Shown here piece by piece: positions 57,854 through 64,000 of a stretch of DNA of 64,000 bases (within the stretch, counting starts at the first letter, position 1; each line of letters starts with the position of its first letter). Under the pieces are notes generated by a model. The model was not told the origin of the DNA and made no database searches. It saw nothing but the letters and a program-made list of their open reading frames with translations. The translations under genes were made by a program, and so were the position numbers. Origin of the DNA: a virus. The stretch is taken from IMG/VR virus record IMGVR_UViG_3300042446_001168; one strand, 5' to 3'.

Positions 57854-57870
57854 AATATAAATAATGTTAC

Positions 57871-57895
57871 AAAACCCACTTCGGTGGGTTTTTTT
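57871..57895 (+). terminator. Rho-independent terminator flanked by two late promoters (57856, 57900)
   Basis: AAAACCCAC-TTCG-GTGGGTTTT followed by TTT. Confidence 0.9.
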
Positions 57896-57899
57896 GTGA

Positions 57900-57907
57900 T
57901 ATAAATA
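57900..57907 (+). promoter_or_regulatory. T4 late promoter for the internal-protein cassette
   Basis: TATAAATA. Confidence 0.8.
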
Positions 57908-57930
57908 CCTGATAATATCACGGAGTCAAA

Positions 57931-58902
57931 ATGAAAACATTTACCCAATTTATAACTGAGGCTGTTATCTCTGCATCTGGTATGGATGCAGATAGGCATG
58001 TCAAAAAATATGTAACTCCTTTCTTACCTGGTGGTGAAAAGTATTCCAAACAAGGAACTCATACACTAGTGGGTTCTGGTGAATCCGTTGTTCTCCACTC
58101 TCACCACGTAGAAAATGGAAAACACTCAGTAGTTATCTCAAAGGTTGGATCTAAACAAAAAACAACAATTCCTGTTAATAAGCTGACTAAACCAGGTACC
58201 TCTTCTGAGAATAAGGGTCACAAATACGAGACTCAAACATTTGAACGATTTAAGCAACATGGATTAGTTCCAGCAGGTCACAGGCCAGCAGGATCTACAG
58301 CTGGCACTGACGTTCCAATACTCAATAAAAAGAAAAAGGAAGTTCACCAAGGGTCTATTGTTGGTACGGTTCACTCTGGTGAGGTAAAACTTGGAACATC
58401 AGCAGCTTTTGGTCAGCTAACTATCCACCACGACCCAGAAAAGGGTGGATGGCATATCCCAGAAAAATCAAGACAGAACAGACCTCAGTATGCAAGCGAA
58501 ATTGAGAAGGCTGGTATAATTGATCACCTCAATAGATCCCACGATCCAAGTAAACCAGGTCAGGTTAAAAGTACCCAGAGTGGTAAAGCTCAGAATGTTG
58601 TGATGGGTCATCCTAATCTTCATCCTGCTGAGGCCTACTTGAAAGATCATGGAGTGCATGTGTTGCAAGTTGGTGAGGGTCACGGAACATACCGTGTTGG
58701 ACATAAGGACGTTACCGGTCATGGCTTACCAAGAATGTCTGGTTCTGGTAAATGGACTGTGAGACAGAAAACTTCTAACCCTTCACATAGAACAATCATG
58801 TTCCAACCAGAAGGTAAAAAAGGTCTCACACCAAGTCATGTTAATTTAGATAGTGATGATCATATGCATCAGTTCAAGAAAACATTGGGACATGACAAGT
58901 AA
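57931..58902 (+). CDS. His-rich putative internal head protein, possible PD-(D/E)xK fold
   Basis: N-terminus MKTFTQFITEA (capsid-targeting-like); G..YE, TDV and GEVK spacing. Confidence 0.55.
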   Translation: MKTFTQFITEAVISASGMDADRHVKKYVTPFLPGGEKYSKQGTHTLVGSGESVVLHSHHVENGKHSVVISKVGSKQKTTIPVNKLTKPGTSSENKGHKYETQTFERFKQHGLVPAGHRPAGSTAGTDVPILNKKKKEVHQGSIVGTVHSGEVKLGTSAAFGQLTIHHDPEKGGWHIPEKSRQNRPQYASEIEKAGIIDHLNRSHDPSKPGQVKSTQSGKAQNVVMGHPNLHPAEAYLKDHGVHVLQVGEGHGTYRVGHKDVTGHGLPRMSGSGKWTVRQKTSNPSHRTIMFQPEGKKGLTPSHVNLDSDDHMHQFKKTLGHDK

Positions 58903-60068
58903 TGCGTCACATATTCTTCCTACTAAAAGAATCAGCAGCTAACGAAGAGAAACTAACTCACCTTGAGCATGCTGAAGACCATCCCATCAATGCCGGTGCT
59001 GATGGGTTGAAGCATGCAACGAATACTTTGAACGCTGTGCATAAAACACTTACTGGCCAAAAAGGTGGAGCTGCTTTAATGACCAAGTATGATGGAAGTC
59101 CCAGTATCGTATTTGGCCATCATCCAAAGACTGGTAAGTTCTTTGTTGCCTCAAAGTCTGCATTCAACAAAGAGCCAAAAATCAATTACACTGACGAAGA
59201 CATTGAAACTCATCATGGTCATGCTCCAGGCCTCGTATCAAAGCTGAAGACTGCTCTACTCCATCTTCCCAAGGTTGCTCCTAAAGAAGGAGTATTTCAA
59301 GGGGACGTCATGCACACTCCAGATGATGTTGAGGAGAAAGGTGGCAGCGTCCACTTCAAGCCAAACCTGATCAAATACTCTACTCCTGCAGACTCTGCTG
59401 AAGGTAAGAAGATTGCCAATTCAAAAATTGGAGTGTATGTTCATACCGGATATAAAGGCAATGACATAGGTTCAATGAAAGCAGACTACACTCCTGATCT
59501 ATCAGGATTCAGTGAGCATACGGCTGTGCATACAATGAAGTATGGATACGATACCAAGAACTCTCAATACGATGCTGATGCACAGAAACAGTTTACTAGG
59601 CATATGGAAGATGCGGCCGATGTAGGGAAGAAGTTGAAGCCCAAAGACTACAGCGCAATTGAACCTCATGTAGAGCATGTTAAGACTTATATTAACAAGA
59701 CAGTGCGTGAAGGCACTGCCCCTTCTGCGGAAGGATTGTATCAGCATATACAGAATACTCATGAAAAGGGTATTGATAAGGTCAAGACAGAAAAAGCAAA
59801 GAACCAAAAGACTGCAGAAATGAACTCCGTGTTGGGTCAGGTGAGATCAAGTGGTGAGTCAATTAGTAACGTCCTTGCTCTTCACCACCATCTGCAGAAA
59901 GCCATGGATGTATTAGTTAATGCAATGTCCCATAAGCAGGATTTTGAGCATCACATTGGAGACACTAAAACAAAGCCAGAAGGGTTTGTTGCTGTGGTAA
60001 ACAACAGACCAACAAAATTGGTTGACCGTGCAGAGTTTAGTAGACAGAACTTTTTAGCGAGACAATAA
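58902..60068 (+). CDS. Ligase-like nucleotidyltransferase (DUF6267-like), putative internal protein
   Basis: THLEHAED, KYDG (motif I), FQGD, EGFV (motif IV) and KLVDR.EFS. Confidence 0.65.
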   Translation: MRHIFFLLKESAANEEKLTHLEHAEDHPINAGADGLKHATNTLNAVHKTLTGQKGGAALMTKYDGSPSIVFGHHPKTGKFFVASKSAFNKEPKINYTDEDIETHHGHAPGLVSKLKTALLHLPKVAPKEGVFQGDVMHTPDDVEEKGGSVHFKPNLIKYSTPADSAEGKKIANSKIGVYVHTGYKGNDIGSMKADYTPDLSGFSEHTAVHTMKYGYDTKNSQYDADAQKQFTRHMEDAADVGKKLKPKDYSAIEPHVEHVKTYINKTVREGTAPSAEGLYQHIQNTHEKGIDKVKTEKAKNQKTAEMNSVLGQVRSSGESISNVLALHHHLQKAMDVLVNAMSHKQDFEHHIGDTKTKPEGFVAVVNNRPTKLVDRAEFSRQNFLARQ

Positions 60069-60673
60069 TGAAAAGATTTTCTCAGTTTATTGTTGAGTCA
60101 GACGCCAAGAGAACATTGCATGTTTTTGATATTGACGATACGTTATTACACACCACTGCAAAGATTCATGTAAAGGATCCACAAGGTAAGGTAACACGTA
60201 CCTTGAGTAACCAAGAGTTCAATGACCACAAGCTCCCTAAGGGTCATAGCTATGACTTTGGAGAGTTTAGGAATGCAGAGAAGTTCAACAAAGAATCAAA
60301 GCCAATGCCCCACATGATTAGTCATGTTAAAAAGCTATCGTCTCAGCCAGGCAATCATATTATCTTTAACACTGCTCGAGCCAACTTCGACGATAAGAAT
60401 AAGTTTTTGCAGACGTTCAAGAAGCATGGAATCAATATGAACAAGATCCATGTGATTAGAGCTGGCAACATTAACAAAGAAGGTCCTCCAGCAGAGAAAA
60501 AGACAACAGTTATTCATGGATACATTAGTAAGCATAAATATAACAACGTCCATATGTACGATGACAGTGCCACTAATTTAAAATCGTTTGTGGGACTCAA
60601 GGATGCACATCCCAATACAACATTCCACGCTCACCACGTTGAAGGCGAGAATGTGACAACAAAGGTAGTATAA
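60068..60673 (+). CDS. HAD-family phosphatase, putative internal protein
   Basis: MKRFSQFIVES N-terminus; FDIDDTL, TAR, K and YDD..NL motifs. Confidence 0.75.
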   Translation: MKRFSQFIVESDAKRTLHVFDIDDTLLHTTAKIHVKDPQGKVTRTLSNQEFNDHKLPKGHSYDFGEFRNAEKFNKESKPMPHMISHVKKLSSQPGNHIIFNTARANFDDKNKFLQTFKKHGINMNKIHVIRAGNINKEGPPAEKKTTVIHGYISKHKYNNVHMYDDSATNLKSFVGLKDAHPNTTFHAHHVEGENVTTKVV

Positions 60674-61278
60674 TGAAAAGCTTTTCTAGTTTCCTCGTAG
60701 AGGGAAAAGGCAAAACAGAGGTTCTTCTTTTTGGAAGAATGAACCCAATTACTAGTGGCCACGAAGAGAATGTTAATGCAGCTCACGATCTTGCTACAAA
60801 GCACAATGGTAGCTTGCGAGTTGTTGGAAGCCACTCTCACGACCCAGAAAAGAATCCATTATCACCAGAAGATAAGCTGAAGCACATGAAGCGTGCATTT
60901 GGTCATCTTGATAACACTACCATCACAACCAGCTCCAAACAAAAGCCAACCATTATGCATCACGCTGCTGAGGCATACAAGAGTGGTGTTAAGAATTTAA
61001 TCATTGCCGGTGGAAGTGATAGAGCTGATGAATATAAAGAAAAACTGACCAAGTATAATGGTGTCACAGGAAAGCCTCACGGTGAGTTTCATTTTGACTC
61101 TATTAGTGTTGCTAATACTGGGGAACGAAAAGCTGGTGTGAGTGGTACTGATATGAGAAAGCACGCTGCTGCTGGTAATTATAATCAGTTTAAGTCTGGC
61201 CTACCGTCTAAACTAAAGTCTAATGCTATTCACGCAAAAGAGATGTATAATGATGTTCGTAAAGGGATGAATGTATGA
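60673..61278 (+). CDS. Cytidyltransferase-like (HIGH) nucleotidyltransferase, putative internal protein
   Basis: MKSFSSFLVEG N-terminus; FGRMNPITSGH, KNPL, GSDR and SGTDMR. Confidence 0.8.
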   Translation: MKSFSSFLVEGKGKTEVLLFGRMNPITSGHEENVNAAHDLATKHNGSLRVVGSHSHDPEKNPLSPEDKLKHMKRAFGHLDNTTITTSSKQKPTIMHHAAEAYKSGVKNLIIAGGSDRADEYKEKLTKYNGVTGKPHGEFHFDSISVANTGERKAGVSGTDMRKHAAAGNYNQFKSGLPSKLKSNAIHAKEMYNDVRKGMNV

Positions 61279-61931
61279 AATTATTTGATGCTAAGGTGAG
61301 AGTCCGGGAACAGGAAGTCGATGGTATTACCAACTGGATGTGGCCAACAAGTGATAGTGGTGCATGGGATGGTCCCAGTGCTGAGTGGGAGAGAACTCAC
61401 AGGGATGCGTACTTGAAGTACTGCAAAAAATTTGATGTTGTAGTTCAAGCTGGTGGCAACTGTGGATTGTATCCCATGTTGTTTTCAAAATTCTTCGGTA
61501 GAGTGTATACTTTTGAACCCGATGCCCTGAACTTCCATTGCCTTGTCAATAATTGCCAGTCCCCCAACATCTTTAAGTTCAATGCTGCCCTTGGAGATAT
61601 AAATAAACTGCTCTTCCTGTTTAATGGCAATGTGCAGAATGTTGGATGTCATACGGTGGGAGATAATGGGGATAGGTACTCTGTCAAGCAAAACCACGTA
61701 CCAACATTTACAGTTGACCAATTGAATCTTGATCAATGCGACTTGATTCAGCTTGATTGTGAAGGGTATGAACCAAAGGTTATTCGCGGTGCAATCAACA
61801 CGATAGAGAAATTTCGGCCCGTAATATCCATGGAAACTACTGATGCTAGCACGGAAGAGTTGCTCCATAAGATTGGATATATACACATGACCACTGTTGG
61901 TTCAGATAAAATATTCGCAGTTAAAGATTAA
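61275..61931 (+). CDS. FkbM-family methyltransferase
   Basis: VVQAGGNCG, YTFEP, LIQLDCEGYE and PVI.ME. Confidence 0.85.
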   Translation: MKLFDAKVRVREQEVDGITNWMWPTSDSGAWDGPSAEWERTHRDAYLKYCKKFDVVVQAGGNCGLYPMLFSKFFGRVYTFEPDALNFHCLVNNCQSPNIFKFNAALGDINKLLFLFNGNVQNVGCHTVGDNGDRYSVKQNHVPTFTVDQLNLDQCDLIQLDCEGYEPKVIRGAINTIEKFRPVISMETTDASTEELLHKIGYIHMTTVGSDKIFAVKD

Positions 61932-61946
61932 CGGATAATAAGAAAA

Positions 61947-64000
61947 ATGGCCCTCTCAAGAATAAAATCAACTGGTATCGCTACAAGTAACCTCAACCTT
62001 ACCGTAGCAGCAATAACAGCAAATGGTACGTTGGGAACAAGTGGTCAAGTTTTAAAGTCGAATGGTTCTATAGTGTATTGGGATACAGATAGTGCTACCG
62101 CTATTGGATCAGATACCCAAGTAGAATTTAATGATAATGGAACACGTGCTGGTGCTAGTGGATTATTGTTCAATAAAACAACAAACAACGTAACTGTTAG
62201 TAACAACGTGATAGTTGGTACCTCAGTTAATGCAGCTAGTTACACTGTTGGATCTGCATTTATTGCTAATACCACAGCTATTGTTGGTACTGGGTTTGCT
62301 AATGTTGCTGGTAGTGTTAATAGTGCTCTACTAACAGTAGGATCTGCATTTATTGCAAATACCACAGCTATTGTTGGTACTGGGTATGCTAATATTACTG
62401 GTAGTGTCAATGCATCTAGCCACACAGTAGGTGTTGCGTTCGTAGCTAATAGCACAGCAATAGAGAGCATAGGATATGCTAATATTGCAACTAGTGTTAA
62501 TAGTGCGTTACTAACAGTCGGTACTGCATTTATAGCCAACAGTAGTGCTATTGTTGGTACTGGGTATGCTAATGTTACTGGCAGTGTTAATGCAGCTAGT
62601 CATACAGTAGGATCTGCATTTATAGCTAACAGTACTGGAGTATTTCATACTGGTATAGTTAATACTGCTACAGTTAACGCCAGTACCTTCAGTGTAGGTA
62701 GTGATCTTATAGCAAACTCAACAGTGCTTTTGCACACCGGTACAATTAATGCAGCGTCCTTTACTACATCTGGAATCACCGCCAATACAACCGGAGTATA
62801 TCCATCATCCAACACAACTGGTGTAACCTTAGGGACGAGTACCAAGCGCTGGAATCTCACAGCTAACTCTGGTAACTACAGTGCAAATATTGCAATGAAT
62901 AGTAACTATATCACTGGCCTCAGTGATCCGGTTGCTGATCAGGATGCAGCCACAAAATATTATGTGGACACTGTGACTCAAGGTCTGCATGTGCACGCTG
63001 CGTGCCACGCAGCTACAACGACTACTTTAGCTCTGGAAACGGGAGCTACTGTAACATATACCAATGGTACTTCAGGTGTAGGTGCTAAACTGACATTCAC
63101 AGGTGGTACACTATCTACGCTAGATGGTTACACACTTCAAAACGGTGATAGGATATTAGTTAAGAATCAAGCTAATGCTGCTCACAATGGTATATACACG
63201 TGGGCTACGGGTGGAGCTGAGCTTACCCGAGCAACAGATTTTGATACTGGTATAGAAGTTGCTGGCGGTGACTTTACATTTGTTACGAATGGTACTCTGT
63301 ATAATAGCTCCGGATGGGTGCAGACCGATGAAGTCACTACAATCGGAACTGATCCAATAGAATTTACTCAGTTCTCTGGCCAAGGTCTGTACACCGCTGG
63401 TAACTACTTGTATCTGGTTGGATCGCAATTCAACGTCAATGCTGCCAGTGCAGCAACTGCATCAGTAGTAGTCGCCAGGGACTCGGATGGTAGTTTTAGT
63501 GCAAATACTATCACTGCTAATTTAACTGGTAGTTTTGTTAATGTTGCTACTAGTGTTAATTCTGCTCTGCTAACTGTTGGAACGGCATTCGTTGCTAACA
63601 CTACCGCAATAGTAGGCACTGGGTATGCTAACATATCAACAAGTGTCAACTCTGCTCTACTAACTGTTGGAACAGCGTTCATTGCAAATAGTACTGCAAT
63701 AGTAAGTACTGGCTACGCTAATATTGCAACCAGTGTCAATAGTGCGTTGTTAACTGTTGGATCTAATTTCATTGCAAACACATCAGCTATTGTAGGTACT
63801 GGTTACGCTAATATTACTGGTAGCATTAATGCTTCTAGCCATACAGTTGGATCTGATTTCATAGCTAACAGTTCAGCTGTAGTTGGTACTGGCTATCTGC
63901 AGGTAACAGGAAAAATTGAAGGGGGGTATATACAGGCCACTCAACCCAGTGGAAATGTATACTCGGGATCATCTGGTAAGTTTACTATTGGTACTAGCTC
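61947..64000 (+). CDS. Long tail fibre-like protein with 30-aa repeats (3' truncated; not in ORF track)
   Basis: ATG at 61947, open to the window end; DAATKYYVD, DRILVKNQ..A.HNGIY and LTRATD fibre motifs; 90-nt repeats. Confidence 0.8.
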   Translation, partial: MALSRIKSTGIATSNLNLTVAAITANGTLGTSGQVLKSNGSIVYWDTDSATAIGSDTQVEFNDNGTRAGASGLLFNKTTNNVTVSNNVIVGTSVNAASYTVGSAFIANTTAIVGTGFANVAGSVNSALLTVGSAFIANTTAIVGTGYANITGSVNASSHTVGVAFVANSTAIESIGYANIATSVNSALLTVGTAFIANSSAIVGTGYANVTGSVNAASHTVGSAFIANSTGVFHTGIVNTATVNASTFSVGSDLIANSTVLLHTGTINAASFTTSGITANTTGVYPSSNTTGVTLGTSTKRWNLTANSGNYSANIAMNSNYITGLSDPVADQDAATKYYVDTVTQGLHVHAACHAATTTTLALETGATVTYTNGTSGVGAKLTFTGGTLSTLDGYTLQNGDRILVKNQANAAHNGIYTWATGGAELTRATDFDTGIEVAGGDFTFVTNGTLYNSSGWVQTDEVTTIGTDPIEFTQFSGQGLYTAGNYLYLVGSQFNVNAASAATASVVVARDSDGSFSANTITANLTGSFVNVATSVNSALLTVGTAFVANTTAIVGTGYANISTSVNSALLTVGTAFIANSTAIVSTGYANIATSVNSALLTVGSNFIANTSAIVGTGYANITGSINASSHTVGSDFIANSSAVVGTGYLQVTGKIEGGYIQATQPSGNVYSGSSGKFTIGTS
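62225..62640 (+). repeat. 90-nt (30-aa) tandem coding repeats; second block at about 63540-63895, related copies at 130-1140
   Basis: GATCTGCATTTATTGCxAATACCACAGCTATTGTTGGTACTGGG recurs at 62251 and 62341. Confidence 0.9.

Noticed and set aside
438-63682. Numerous minus-strand and alternate-frame ORFs in the track (for example 438-752, 21411-21953, 34359-34868, 62240-63682)
   Set aside because: They are shadows of well-supported plus-strand genes, with no RBS or motifs. Only 53812-54045 was kept, because it has its own promoter and motif.
62225-63895. Regular 90-nt repeats resembling a CRISPR array or DGR repeats
   Set aside because: These are in-frame coding repeats with synonymous variation and no unique spacers; no cas or reverse transcriptase gene is in the window.
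1-64000. Idea that the window is a complete circular genome with the two end fibres being one gene
   Set aside because: Primase, ssDNA-binding protein, ribonucleotide reductase and baseplate genes are absent, so this is only part of a larger T4-like genome.

Overview
This is 64 kb of a T4-like myovirus genome with cyanophage/pelagiphage-type gene order, almost entirely on the + strand. The host is probably a Gram-negative bacterium, possibly a betaproteobacterium (weak inference). Gene order: (1) tail-fibre region (30-aa repeat fibre, beta-propeller, fibre chaperone) containing an ADP-heptose/heptosyltransferase-like cassette and three tandem small peptidase-S74 proteins; (2) neck, terminase, tail and head module, gp13-gp23 and gp3; (3) uvsY, uvsW, gp55, gp47, gp46; (4) an accessory region with 7-deazaguanine genes (queE, PRTase, queD, folE, DpdL-like, TGT/DpdA-like), six tRNAs, a DD-peptidase and sugar enzymes; (5) gp45, gp44, gp62, regA, phoH, hsp20, gp43, uvsX, gp41; (6) a late cassette of four His-rich proteins with capsid-targeting-like N-termini; (7) a second repeat fibre running off the end. 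Highlights: uvsX is fractured by a naturally split intein, with an antisense late-promoter mini-ORF between the halves; a probable G to 7-deazaguanine DNA modification pathway with extra nucleotide-metabolism genes; a putative virion-packaged ligase/phosphatase/nucleotidyltransferase/nuclease kit; possible virion glycosylation; a non-canonical long-arm tRNA(UAU); and a ROSE-like thermometer before hsp20. All family assignments come from motifs recognised by eye, not from database searches.
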